Origin: an uncultured virus (IMG/VR IMGVR_UViG_3300028591_000018)
Taxonomy: Duplodnaviria > Heunggongvirae > Uroviricota > Caudoviricetes
Virus record (IMG/VR): IMGVR_UViG_3300028591_000018
DNA length: 64,000 bases
Reading direction: 5' to 3' (one strand)
Part shown: one piece after another, positions 9,368 through 19,188 of the stretch
Numbering within the stretch: the stretch's first letter is position 1
How the letters are laid out: each line of letters starts with the position of its first letter
Translations under genes and position numbers: made by a program
The notes under the pieces: model-generated
Databases searched by the model: none
What the model was told of the DNA's origin: nothing
The model's input: only the letters and a program-made list of their open reading frames with translations

Positions 9368-11215
9368 TTATTTATCAACAATTCGATTAATAAATTCTTT
9401 ATCTGTAAGATTCTGATCCATTCCTTCTGGATCATATTCTTCAAAGAATGAATATTTTACAGAACCATATGTATCGGATATCTTATCAAAGATCTCGTTT
9501 ACATTATTGACTGGTGTTACACCACGATATTTCCATAAACTTGATTCGAACCAATATGGTTTTCCATCAAGTTCGATAACAGAAAATGTATGTGTTATAT
9601 AACTCCCATCTTCACGCTGTGCAAAAAATAAATAAGAATGATCAGGAATATCATTTTGTTTAAAATAATCATGCTGAAGATTTACAAAATCCCAGCAGGT
9701 ACCAATCTTTTCTTTCTTCATCTTTTCAACAGGCATTGTTCTATAATTATCCCAATTAAAATCATTCAAGCTTCCATCATCATACATCAAACGTTTTCCG
9801 TCATGAAGAACACCATAATCCATTTCGGTGTTCATAAAATTATTGAATTTTTCAACTTTATTCAGAATCGTTTTTTCTTGAGATAAAGGGTACGGAGGGC
9901 CATTTCTTATCCCCCATTTTTGCCCTTCAACTCCATGATGTGCTAATGCACTATTTTGAAGTTCTTGTGAATCACTTTCATCCGTATATTCTTCATCTTC
10001 CGGATATTGTTCTTCATAGCCCATTTCCGGCTGCGTAATATTCCGGTTATACATCATATCTGCATCCGGATTATCAGCAGGTTTCAGCCCAAGATAAGGT
10101 CTGAATTCATTCGGTGCCATGATCCCGTTGCCCAAAATTGATTGAGCAGCAGTAGCAAGATCAGTAACAGTAACATAACGGAATGGATCAATAAAGAATT
10201 TGATTGATTGACCCTGTGTGCGAGCGGTCTTAGTCAAAAACTTCCGCTTCATTTCATCTGTGATGGCTGAAAGAATTGGTTCAATCGTACGGTTGTTATA
10301 ATTCTGCATTGACATCATGTCAGCGGTTCCATCCAATATCACCTGATTTATCCCCAGCTGGCTGTATAGCATACTCGTCAGGTATTCAATCTGGCTCATC
10401 AGATTATTTTCCACTTGCCGATTCAACTGCGTAATTTTTTCCGTACCATCTGTATAAGCAATGCCGTATTTTGAACCGGCAAGCTGTGCTTCAATATCTT
10501 TTCGCCTTTTCTCAGCCTGTTCCTTACGGGCTTCATTTTTAATCACATAAGGAAGCTGAATAATCAGATCCAATTTTCCGGATCCGCTTTGCTCATCCAC
10601 CACATCCAGAAGATTTAATTTTCGAACCAGGCGCTGCAGTGTGGAATTCTTTTCATTCATCACCGCATACAGCGGATTTTCCACAATTCCGACAGAAGTT
10701 TTTGGAAATATCAGTTCTTCTTTACGCCCGGTTCGATCATTGTACAAACGGACTTTTACATGCTGCGGATACCAGTCAACAATTTTGCCGGTACGCATCG
10801 TACGAATATCATATGTACTATGTGTACGGGGATCGATGGACGTATCCACAGGAACAATTGCAACTACCCCTTCGTCAAGCATCGACATTACAACATCCTG
10901 AATAAATGCTCTGCCTGTCTGGTCAACATTTGCTTCCAAAGACAAACAATTATTCAGTCCGGAATTGATGGTTTCAAGATAACGTTCTTCCTCATCCTGC
11001 CGAACATGACGAATTTTTACAGATGCCGCATCCATAGCGATCCGATTGACCACGGAAGTAATAATGGAGCGCTCATTCCCCGGAGTCAGCCGGGGACGAT
11101 CAGGTCGCGTCGCATAAGACGATCCAATATTTCGATATTCCGGCACAGTCGGATCTTTGTTATTTAAAAAAGCATTCCAGGCTTGTTTCAGCCTGGCTGT
11201 GAATGTTAGCTCCAT
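9368..11215 (-). CDS. Portal protein with ~200-aa C-terminal extra domain
   Basis: First ~395 aa resemble an HK97-family portal and lie between terminase and protease; extension begins at LAHHGVEGQKWG. Confidence 0.85.
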   Translation of the reverse strand: MELTFTARLKQAWNAFLNNKDPTVPEYRNIGSSYATRPDRPRLTPGNERSIITSVVNRIAMDAASVKIRHVRQDEEERYLETINSGLNNCLSLEANVDQTGRAFIQDVVMSMLDEGVVAIVPVDTSIDPRTHSTYDIRTMRTGKIVDWYPQHVKVRLYNDRTGRKEELIFPKTSVGIVENPLYAVMNEKNSTLQRLVRKLNLLDVVDEQSGSGKLDLIIQLPYVIKNEARKEQAEKRRKDIEAQLAGSKYGIAYTDGTEKITQLNRQVENNLMSQIEYLTSMLYSQLGINQVILDGTADMMSMQNYNNRTIEPILSAITDEMKRKFLTKTARTQGQSIKFFIDPFRYVTVTDLATAAQSILGNGIMAPNEFRPYLGLKPADNPDADMMYNRNITQPEMGYEEQYPEDEEYTDESDSQELQNSALAHHGVEGQKWGIRNGPPYPLSQEKTILNKVEKFNNFMNTEMDYGVLHDGKRLMYDDGSLNDFNWDNYRTMPVEKMKKEKIGTCWDFVNLQHDYFKQNDIPDHSYLFFAQREDGSYITHTFSVIELDGKPYWFESSLWKYRGVTPVNNVNEIFDKISDTYGSVKYSFFEEYDPEGMDQNLTDKEFINRIVDK

Positions 11216-11235
11216 TTTGAATTAATTCCTGTTAT

Positions 11236-12024
11236 TTACTTTTTTTTAAATTTATTCAGGAAAGATGCTACTTCATCATCAAGTCCAATTGAATCCAAAA
11301 ATCTAGCAGCCCCCGCAATAGCGTTATACTTTGTAATTTGCAAAAATGAATTAATTTCATCACCTACATGGCCATTTACGGTAGAAGTCATGTATGCTTT
11401 GCATGCTTTACCTTGAGCGCTAGCAACATATGTATTCAAATAGTTTATACCGGATTTACCGGTTACAGTTTTGTTAGCTAATACATTATTTTTATCATGG
11501 GAGCCAGAATAATAGCTCTTCATAAAATCATGGACCTTATTTGCAGACTGTGAATAAGCTTTGTGTGCTTTGTCTTTAAGTGCCGCTATTTTTTCAGAAC
11601 TATAACCTTTAGCTTTATTATACAATGCTGAAGTTCCAGTTTTAATATTCGTAAAAGTATTTCGAACTTTATCTTTAGCTTTATTAAAATTAGCCTTTGT
11701 AAGTCCAGACTTTACTCGTAGATTATTCAGCTCATATCCGGTTGCATCTTTGAGTTTACCTGCATTTATCCGCGCAGCTGCACGTGCAGTTCTTAGACCC
11801 GCACCAATTTTAGTAAAAACATTATTTTTTTTCTTTCCATATGTTGTAGCATTATTCAGATTTCGTGCATAGGTTTCTTTCCACCAGTCAGTTCCTGGAA
11901 GATGCTTCCCCCATTCCATACCTGGACGACCATAATGATACAACTCGCCATCCATATAAACCCAGCTCCCGCCACCGTTACGACTGGAAGCTGATGCATT
12001 ACTGTAAAGATCGTTTTTACGCAT
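11236..12024 (-). CDS. Basic head-module protein with HxG..W motif
   Basis: ELYHYGRPGMEWG; Lys/Ala-rich; between terminase and portal. Confidence 0.7.
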   Translation of the reverse strand: MRKNDLYSNASASSRNGGGSWVYMDGELYHYGRPGMEWGKHLPGTDWWKETYARNLNNATTYGKKKNNVFTKIGAGLRTARAAARINAGKLKDATGYELNNLRVKSGLTKANFNKAKDKVRNTFTNIKTGTSALYNKAKGYSSEKIAALKDKAHKAYSQSANKVHDFMKSYYSGSHDKNNVLANKTVTGKSGINYLNTYVASAQGKACKAYMTSTVNGHVGDEINSFLQITKYNAIAGAARFLDSIGLDDEVASFLNKFKKK

Positions 12025-12043
12025 AAACTATCCTCCTAAAATT

Positions 12044-12898
12044 TTAAACTTTAACACCAATTTTCTCGAAAAATTTACTAACTTTATCGTCAAGACCCAT
12101 CTTATCTAAAAATATCGAACAGGCTCTTGCAACATTCATTTGAGTAGTTTGAATAATACTATTAATGCAAGTTCCAATACCATCACTGCCTTCTAAATTA
12201 CAATCTATATATTTAAATAAAGCATCATCTGCTTCTTTATCACTATATTTATCAAGATGGTTAACTAAATCACTTCCTTTTGGCATATATGTAATTCTAT
12301 TCGCTATATATTTATCATAACTTTTTTCAAAGTATGATTTAGCATACTTTTTTAATTCAAAATTTGTTTTTGCTTTTAATTTTCTTATTTTTTGATTGAT
12401 CTTATAATCAATGCCATCAATATCCCTATATGGTCTTCTATATGGAGCTCGCATTGCAAATGGTTTTTCACCTTCTACCCACTTATGAGATCTTTCATTT
12501 TTAGCATATACGTATTCGAAATTATCATTTAATCCTTGATATTTATTCTGAACTTGATCTGCTTTGCTATTAGGTCGTGATCGGTGTTTGTCATTTGAAG
12601 GCCCGAAATATTCATTCTGTTTAGAGTTATACTCGATTTCATCCTTAAATTCTTTACTGACCGAAGGTGTATTTCCTTTAATGCCCTTAATATTATTTTG
12701 TGATCGCTTTTTAGAAAAATCATTAGATTTAACTTTTTCTCGACCTCCATTTTCAAGATATCTTAATTTACCAAGTCGAGTTAAAGATCCATCTTTATAT
12801 TGGTACAATCTAACCCCGTTTTTAGAACCAGGGGTCCGATAATGTATTAAATACTCTTTCATTAATATATTCCCTCCCCCTATCATTTTATTATGCAT
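12044..12898 (-). CDS. Basic head-module protein with degenerate HxG/DGSLT motif
   Basis: YLIHYRTPGSKNGVRLYQYKDGSLTRLG; the true start may be at MMKEYL. Confidence 0.7.
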   Translation of the reverse strand: MHNKMIGGGNILMKEYLIHYRTPGSKNGVRLYQYKDGSLTRLGKLRYLENGGREKVKSNDFSKKRSQNNIKGIKGNTPSVSKEFKDEIEYNSKQNEYFGPSNDKHRSRPNSKADQVQNKYQGLNDNFEYVYAKNERSHKWVEGEKPFAMRAPYRRPYRDIDGIDYKINQKIRKLKAKTNFELKKYAKSYFEKSYDKYIANRITYMPKGSDLVNHLDKYSDKEADDALFKYIDCNLEGSDGIGTCINSIIQTTQMNVARACSIFLDKMGLDDKVSKFFEKIGVKV

Positions 12899-13718
12899 AA
12901 AATTCTTTTATAAATTTATCTATCAGAGCATCATGCTGGTCTTTCATTTGTTTATCTTTTTCACGATAATTTTGTCCTGATACTCTTGCTAAATAGCCGT
13001 TATATGAGTTATAAGCGACTGCATCATTACCATAAATCCTCTTTACTAATTCACCATCTTTTTTTACATATTTTTCTATGTCTTTTGAGCTACTTGTGTA
13101 TTTAGTTTTACCATTTACATCTTGATGATCTTTATTAAATTCAGCTTCATGCTTTTTCATATAATTAGTTTCACCTAATGCATACCCCAATCCACTAGTA
13201 GCTGCACCGATTGTAGTTGGTATGAGAATTTTATTTCCAGCTTTAGCTTGAGCATATAGCATTCCGACATCTGCGGCTACACCTATGGCGCCCAATGGAA
13301 TAGCGATCATATTTCCAGCAAAAGCTTTTCCTTTGCCATAATTTGTAGTTGAAATATAACTCTCCTGATATTCAGCAATTTTCTTTTGAACATCCGGAGG
13401 CATACTTAAAAAATCCTCGGTAAATTTTTGTTGATCTGAAATCTGTTTATCAATAATTTTTTTACCGATTTCTAATTTTTCAAATTCTTTTTTTTCTTTT
13501 TCGCTTTTATCTTTTTTACCTTTCAAATAGTTATAACGTTCAGAATAAGAAATTCTTTTCATCTCTTTAACAGTATTAACACCGTATCTCTCTCTTCCTT
13601 CCGGAGTTAAGCTGCCGTCCGGATTTTGAAAACGGCGTATGCCCCAATGCATTCCAAGAATACCCCAATGTTTTAGTTCATCATTTTCATAAATATCCGT
13701 ATGAACGAGATCTAACAA
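12891..13718 (-). CDS. Head-module protein with HWG..WG/DGSLT motif
   Basis: ELKHWGILGMHWGIRRFQNPDGSLTPEGRERYG; Gly/Ala-rich hydrophobic hairpin. Confidence 0.75.
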   Translation of the reverse strand: MLDLVHTDIYENDELKHWGILGMHWGIRRFQNPDGSLTPEGRERYGVNTVKEMKRISYSERYNYLKGKKDKSEKEKKEFEKLEIGKKIIDKQISDQQKFTEDFLSMPPDVQKKIAEYQESYISTTNYGKGKAFAGNMIAIPLGAIGVAADVGMLYAQAKAGNKILIPTTIGAATSGLGYALGETNYMKKHEAEFNKDHQDVNGKTKYTSSSKDIEKYVKKDGELVKRIYGNDAVAYNSYNGYLARVSGQNYREKDKQMKDQHDALIDKFIKEFYA

Positions 13719-13733
13719 ATCTTTCTCACCTCC

Positions 13734-15464
13734 TCACTCAAAAGCTTCACGGTTCAATTTAAATGCGACATAAGCATCCAGCATTGCCGCGACAGCGTCA
13801 ATTTTCTGGTCATAGCGTTTCTTATAAAGTTTTCGATTTCCGTTTGTATCTTCCAAAGTAATACAGTTACCCATCGTGAAAGACATCAGATCTTCATCAA
13901 ATATCAGCATACGTTCTTCGGAAAGTTTCTTCAATTCACCAAGCGGAACGGATTCTGTTCGAGCACCCTGCTTAACTTTTTCAATACCAAATCCGCCGTT
14001 TTCTGACGCCCAGCGTTCAATAAAATCCCGGGCATTATAGGGGTCATATCCAACACAGCGGACATCATAGCCGCAGCGAGTGATATGCTCATCTAAATCT
14101 TCGTAAACTTCCATCATGTTTAAAACTGGTCCGTTTAAAACAACCAGACTTCCTTCATTCATAAAACTGTCATACTTTATCCGCATGGCAGCCGGAAGTT
14201 TATTTAATGTAGAAGAGGAAATATAATTTCTGGTTTTTACGCCAAATGCTCCTCCACGAAGAGGAAACAAAAATGTAAAAGCGCAAAAGTCATCACCCTG
14301 AGAAAGATCGCATCCCATAGCACACGGCATTTTCCAAAAATCCCGTTTACGATGCGGCAAAGTTTCTTCATAGCTGAAATAATAGGTATACCCCTCCATA
14401 GGGATCCCGAATCGCTTGGCTAAAATATCATTTCTTGATGCAGGAGCTTTTTCAGCACGCTCAACATCCAATTGATAAACTTCATAAGTTACGGTTTTTC
14501 CAAGATTGGGGTTCGCTTTGATCCACATCTCAGGCAGAGCAACTTCATCAATGGAGTCAAGTTTGTAATACCATATCGAGACATGAGGAGCATAGTATTC
14601 GCCTTTTAAAATATCCATTAACTCCATTTTTATGGTGTCACCGGCGCCGTTACGGACAGTTCCTTCAGAGCTGATCGCCAGGATCAAATAATCATCAAGC
14701 TTTGATGCGCCTTGCTCAATAGCCCCAACCACGTCTTCACGAATATCGCCGGAAAGCCATTCATCGACAGTATTTATCTTTGTACGAAGTCCATTTAATT
14801 TATTAATAGACATCGGCCGAATCTCTAAAAGAGATCCGGTTAAGAAATTCTCAATACCCTTTTTCGTTGATGCCAATTTGCAGCGATCCGCTTTTGAACC
14901 AGTGGTATTTTGAAGCGAACCATCAGTCAAAAACTTAAACAATGGCCCTCTTGACCGGCTGATCGCAGTTCGAATTGGCGATAATACTTCATCTGCTTGC
15001 TTCATCGTCGGAGCGGTAGTGATTTGATGAGTTGTTGATGGATCTACATTCAGGAAATAAGACTGAATACAAGAGGCGTACATAGATTTTGCCGCGCCTC
15101 GTGCAACAATTAAATATTGCTTATTGATCAGCCGTTTTTTGATTCGTTTGGTTACATACCGTTTTAGATTAGGATCATAAACGGATCGATCGACAAAATA
15201 ATACCATCCAAAAATTTGTTCGGCCCACAACTTAAAAGTGTCCAGTAAATGCAAGTCTGAACCATCTGTGAGGGTGAGCTCATTTTCGCAATAAGAAATA
15301 AATCCTTCAACGGCAAGATCATCATAGTAGATGCCTGGATTTCGTATCAACTCGTCGATACGATTCATTTCCATTTCTATTGTCTGCGGAACAGGTATCT
15401 CTCCCCGCAGCACCTTTTGACGAAACTCACCGTAATAACGTGGTGTTGCGGTGTTTGAGAGCAT
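13734..15464 (-). CDS. terL: Terminase large subunit
   Basis: Walker A VARGAAKS, Walker B TVDEW, nuclease motifs GCDLSQGDD, YDPYNA and KIDAVAA. Confidence 0.93.
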   Translation of the reverse strand: MLSNTATPRYYGEFRQKVLRGEIPVPQTIEMEMNRIDELIRNPGIYYDDLAVEGFISYCENELTLTDGSDLHLLDTFKLWAEQIFGWYYFVDRSVYDPNLKRYVTKRIKKRLINKQYLIVARGAAKSMYASCIQSYFLNVDPSTTHQITTAPTMKQADEVLSPIRTAISRSRGPLFKFLTDGSLQNTTGSKADRCKLASTKKGIENFLTGSLLEIRPMSINKLNGLRTKINTVDEWLSGDIREDVVGAIEQGASKLDDYLILAISSEGTVRNGAGDTIKMELMDILKGEYYAPHVSIWYYKLDSIDEVALPEMWIKANPNLGKTVTYEVYQLDVERAEKAPASRNDILAKRFGIPMEGYTYYFSYEETLPHRKRDFWKMPCAMGCDLSQGDDFCAFTFLFPLRGGAFGVKTRNYISSSTLNKLPAAMRIKYDSFMNEGSLVVLNGPVLNMMEVYEDLDEHITRCGYDVRCVGYDPYNARDFIERWASENGGFGIEKVKQGARTESVPLGELKKLSEERMLIFDEDLMSFTMGNCITLEDTNGNRKLYKKRYDQKIDAVAAMLDAYVAFKLNREAFE

Positions 15465-15466
15465 AT

Positions 15467-16312
15467 TTATTTTTTGCCTTTGTTCTTCTTTGGATTAGTA
15501 ATTTGCGGTTTTGGAATGCCTTTTACATAAGCTCTATTACCTGTAATATCAGACAATCTATCTAACTCGAGAAGCATGTCTTCGTATTGTGCTGTATCAA
15601 AATTGTCCGGATCTTCTTCAATTTTTTGCGCTAAGAAATCAGATATTGCGTCCCGTGTTTTGACTAAGTCGTTTATTTGTGATTCATAATTATTTAAGTT
15701 TCTTAGATGCTGAGTATCTTCAATCATTTTCTCATCATTATTTTTTCGTTCATAATCGCTGGTTTTTTTTCGCTCATCATTTAGTTCATTAATGACCTGT
15801 TGCTTTTTTAATTCTTGTTTTAGTTTGTCCAGTTCTTCTTTTGCATTGTCTTTTTTCTGAAGATGAGCGCCTGTTACGCTATTTAAATATGCAATTGCAA
15901 GATCACTGTCACTTCCTCCGAACACAGAATAGCCAAGCATTCCCAATCCAAATTGGGTATTTCTTGCCATAAAATTTTCAAATGGTACACCAAAAACATT
16001 TTTTAAAAATCTAGGTATAGCATGCTCTTTTTTGGGAGGCGTGGTATTTCTTTTAAACTGATTCTCTTGATATATGTAATTGTTTCTTGCCTGATAATAG
16101 TCTGCTTCTTTTTGGTAACGTTTAGTCATTTTATATAGTTCTTCATCGGATAAACTACCAGCATCACTTATACCTTTAGTATTTCTGGCAGGACCGACGC
16201 CATAACGTATTCTTCCTGCAGGGGTTAGAGAACCATCGGGGTTTTGATAATTACGAACACCCCATTTCATTCCAAAAATACCCCAATGTTTTAATTCATC
16301 CTCAATATCCAT
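15467..16312 (-). CDS. Head-module protein with HWG..KWG/DGSLT motif
   Basis: ELKHWGIFGMKWGVRNYQNPDGSLTPAGRIRYG; LSDEEL motif; coiled-coil C-terminus. Confidence 0.75.
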   Translation of the reverse strand: MDIEDELKHWGIFGMKWGVRNYQNPDGSLTPAGRIRYGVGPARNTKGISDAGSLSDEELYKMTKRYQKEADYYQARNNYIYQENQFKRNTTPPKKEHAIPRFLKNVFGVPFENFMARNTQFGLGMLGYSVFGGSDSDLAIAYLNSVTGAHLQKKDNAKEELDKLKQELKKQQVINELNDERKKTSDYERKNNDEKMIEDTQHLRNLNNYESQINDLVKTRDAISDFLAQKIEEDPDNFDTAQYEDMLLELDRLSDITGNRAYVKGIPKPQITNPKKNKGKK

Positions 16313-16347
16313 TTTATGAGCGACCTCCTTTCTTTAAATGTCTTTTA

Positions 16348-16356
16348 TGCTATAAT
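16348..16356 (+). promoter_or_regulatory. Extended -10 host-type promoter
   Basis: TGCTATAAT, 7 nt upstream of ATG 16364. Confidence 0.6.
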
Positions 16357-16363
16357 GAAATTT

Positions 16364-17110
16364 ATGAAACTAGAAGTACTTGAGTGTCAAAAATGTCATG
16401 GCATATTAAAAATTGATAAGGACCTAATGCATGCCCATTGTCCTTATTGTGGCTCTAATTATTTAATTGAATCTGGTCAATTAACTCTTATTCTTTCAGA
16501 AAAAGAAAAAACTAAACGTATTGTGTCAGGAATGCGAATAATTGAACAAAATAAATGGAAAATTAAACTTAGCGAGCATTCACCAATTTTGGCTTATTTT
16601 TTATTAATACTTTTTGCATTAATATTTACAACACTACTAGAGTATTTCGATTCGGATACTTATAAAATCAGTAAATTAAATAAAACAGAAAATGCAATTA
16701 TTCGAGCTATTAATAGAAATGACTATAAAAAAGCTCTTTCCGAGTTATCTAAATTAACCATTTCAGATGACTTATCTAAAAATGATAAAAAAATCTGGAA
16801 AGAAAAGATTGAAAAATATGAAAAACTAATTCCAGAAAAACAACGTGAATATGACCTTAGCAAACCAGATAATATATTAGCACCTTTAGATGCTAAAAAG
16901 TTTTCAAATAAAACTGGAGATGAAGCGAAACAAATTTTTGAAAATGCTGGTTTTCAAAATATAAAAATGGTAGAAATAAACGGCAGTGGTGGATTATTTA
17001 AAAAAGATCATTGCGTTGACCATATAGATTTCGGCGGAAAAACTGATTTTACCACTAAAGACTATATAAATAAGAAGGACAAAATTACTATTTACTATTA
17101 TTCTAATTAA
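16364..17110 (+). CDS. Zn-ribbon plus single-TM membrane protein (moron-like)
   Basis: CQKC..CPYC, a TM helix and a PASTA-like C-terminus; AT-rich; opposite strand within the head module. Confidence 0.75.
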   Translation: MKLEVLECQKCHGILKIDKDLMHAHCPYCGSNYLIESGQLTLILSEKEKTKRIVSGMRIIEQNKWKIKLSEHSPILAYFLLILFALIFTTLLEYFDSDTYKISKLNKTENAIIRAINRNDYKKALSELSKLTISDDLSKNDKKIWKEKIEKYEKLIPEKQREYDLSKPDNILAPLDAKKFSNKTGDEAKQIFENAGFQNIKMVEINGSGGLFKKDHCVDHIDFGGKTDFTTKDYINKKDKITIYYYSN

Positions 17111-17451
17111 AGTATCTCGCTATACCCACTCGTATAAAGCCGCCATTCCAATTCTTGAATTAAATTATTTCTGCTTTCATCAACTGCGCCATTCTGGCTG
17201 GGATCAAACAACTGGAGTACTCTCAAGTGAATATATGATTTAATAAACTCAATTTTACTTAAATCATCACAAAAATCACTCCAGGTCTCTGCCGGTCCGG
17301 AAATTCGAAAAGGGGATGTAGGTCCCACACCCATCTGCCACAGAATTCCCAATATCGTATTAATATCTATTATTATGTCTTGATCAAAACTCGTATCGAA
17401 TTCAGAAATCCCAAGAAGTTTTTTTATTGAATTTAAGATACTCTCATCCAT
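17107..17451 (-). CDS. Putative head-tail connector
   Basis: SILNSIKKLLGI..FDQDII..IN and LFDP..ELEWRL pattern. Confidence 0.6.
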   Translation of the reverse strand: MDESILNSIKKLLGISEFDTSFDQDIIIDINTILGILWQMGVGPTSPFRISGPAETWSDFCDDLSKIEFIKSYIHLRVLQLFDPSQNGAVDESRNNLIQELEWRLYTSGYSEIL

Positions 17452-17476
17452 GACAAGGGCCCCTTTCCTAAAAATA

Positions 17477-17695
17477 TCATTTTCTTAACACTATATATTC
17501 TTTTAGACAGTATCCTTCATCTCCGGAAGGAGTTACTACATAATAGAAAATATCAATTGATTTGTTTTCAATAATTTCAACTTCACTTAAACATCCAATC
17601 TCACAAACAATATCAGACTGGTTATTCGATTTTTCATGGACCGGAGCCCATATACAATTTACAACCACACCATGACGCGGGTTACTGGTTTTCAT
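17477..17695 (-). CDS. SH3-like small protein
   Basis: GVVVNC...FYYVVTPSGDEGYC resembles SH3b; AGGAGA RBS. Confidence 0.55.
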   Translation of the reverse strand: MKTSNPRHGVVVNCIWAPVHEKSNNQSDIVCEIGCLSEVEIIENKSIDIFYYVVTPSGDEGYCLKEYIVLRK

Positions 17696-17835
17696 TTTGA
17701 ATTCTCTCCTGTTAAAAAGAACTGACTCTGAATCAGGATGATAAAATGACTTCTAAAGAAAAATTCATTGCAATCATCAATGAAATTAAAAAAATTATCA
17801 TCTGACGATTCTGAGGCAAAAAGCGACAAATAAAA

Positions 17836-18246
17836 TTACTTCCGCCATGGGCAGGTATCATGTAAATATCTATCTACAGGTTCAACTGGCAACAGATCTT
17901 CACTGCCATAGTGGATTGCATTATGCGTTTTCTGAGAAACACAAATTAAATACTCGGGATTTAAAATATCATCTTCACGATGAATAATGTCTTTATAAGT
18001 AATAGGATTCATATGATGGATCAAGACCTTTCCGTAAATACGGCAGCCTTCAATTCCAAGATCATTCCCATTATCCCGAACAATTACCAGATCACGAATG
18101 TGCCGCCATTCGGGTGATCTGTAAAATATTTGATTTAAATATCGATCAAAGCCAAAAGTATCTTCACCGACTTTTCCATCGAGCTTTAAATAATTAAATC
18201 GATCTTTGAAGGTTTTAAATTTTTGTAATTCTGTATATGTAAGCAT
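17836..18246 (-). CDS. HNH endonuclease (packaging-associated)
   Basis: WRHIRDLVIVRD, IHHMNP, LICVSQKTHNAIH. Confidence 0.85.
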   Translation of the reverse strand: MLTYTELQKFKTFKDRFNYLKLDGKVGEDTFGFDRYLNQIFYRSPEWRHIRDLVIVRDNGNDLGIEGCRIYGKVLIHHMNPITYKDIIHREDDILNPEYLICVSQKTHNAIHYGSEDLLPVEPVDRYLHDTCPWRK

Positions 18247-18248
18247 AT

Positions 18249-18596
18249 TTAAATATCTTCACTATCTTCTTCATTTGGTTCGCCACGATAATCACGCATA
18301 GCACGTAATGCATCCGAAAATAATTCTTCAGTGCGCTTTGCAGAATGTAAAGCTTCAGTCTTTGCTTCAATTAATTCCTTTTGTTTTAGAAGAATATCTT
18401 TTTCAATACGTTCTTTTGTTGAACCAAGCTTTAAATAGTGTGTAATTACCTGCGAAGAGGCTGTTCCTTCTCGTAATTGTTTCTCCGCAAGGTCGACGGC
18501 AAGCGAAATGAGCTGGTTTTCCCGAGCTTCCACCGACATTCCGGGTCTTTGCCGTCGCTTTACCGGACTTTCGATATCTTTCTCTTTCTTTCTCAT
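18249..18596 (-). CDS. Putative terminase small subunit
   Basis: First gene of the late module, helical (RENQLISLAVDLAEKQL); RBS AAGGAAGGAG before MRKKEK. Confidence 0.5.
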   Translation of the reverse strand: MRKKEKDIESPVKRRQRPGMSVEARENQLISLAVDLAEKQLREGTASSQVITHYLKLGSTKERIEKDILLKQKELIEAKTEALHSAKRTEELFSDALRAMRDYRGEPNEEDSEDI

Positions 18597-18751
18597 CCGC
18601 TTTGCTCCTTCCTTGAACCACTTAAAAGGCACTTTTTCAAAGGCTCAAAGCAAAAAAGAAAGGTCAAATATAAAATTCGCGGAAACAAATGAACCTTGAG
18701 CCCTTGTAAAAGCCTTCTAAGCGATTCTAAAATATAAAACATACCCCAAAA

Positions 18752-18825
18752 TATCCCCCCGGAGAATTTTCGGAGACCCCCGCGATTGGGGGAGGGGGTG
18801 GGTTTTGGGCGCCACTCCCCCCGGT
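18752..18825. other. GC-rich G/C-run element, candidate cos/packaging site
   Basis: Intergenic G- and C-runs directly upstream of the terS-HNH module. Confidence 0.45.
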
Positions 18826-18827
18826 GC

Positions 18828-19172
18828 TTATCTATTATCTTTCCAGTTATCGCGGGAAATTAGTTTGTCGAAGTCTTCTTCGGCATTATTTTCGTTATTT
18901 TCTATTTCATTTTCTTCATATTCTTGTTTTTTGACGTAGAGTTTGGTGTAGATGTTACGAAAGTCGTAGCGGATGATCTCGTCAATCGCTCTTTCGATCT
19001 CTCTTTCACGCTCTATGTCACTCATTGACGGACTGAGCCGTGCGATCCGATCGAGATAGGCACAGCTATAGTAGCCGTGATCGATGTCGAAGTCCAGCCA
19101 ATCGCTGAACTGCGTATCGGGATTGAACGGATTGTCAAATGTAGTCAAGTAGCAAGTCTGATCTTTCTCCAT
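18828..19172 (-). CDS. Hypothetical protein downstream of the RNAP
   Basis: LTTFDNPFNP..WLDFD..GYYSCAYL; AGAAAGGAG upstream. Confidence 0.7.
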   Translation of the reverse strand: MEKDQTCYLTTFDNPFNPDTQFSDWLDFDIDHGYYSCAYLDRIARLSPSMSDIEREREIERAIDEIIRYDFRNIYTKLYVKKQEYEENEIENNENNAEEDFDKLISRDNWKDNR

Positions 19173-19188
19173 ATGGCTGGACTCCTTT

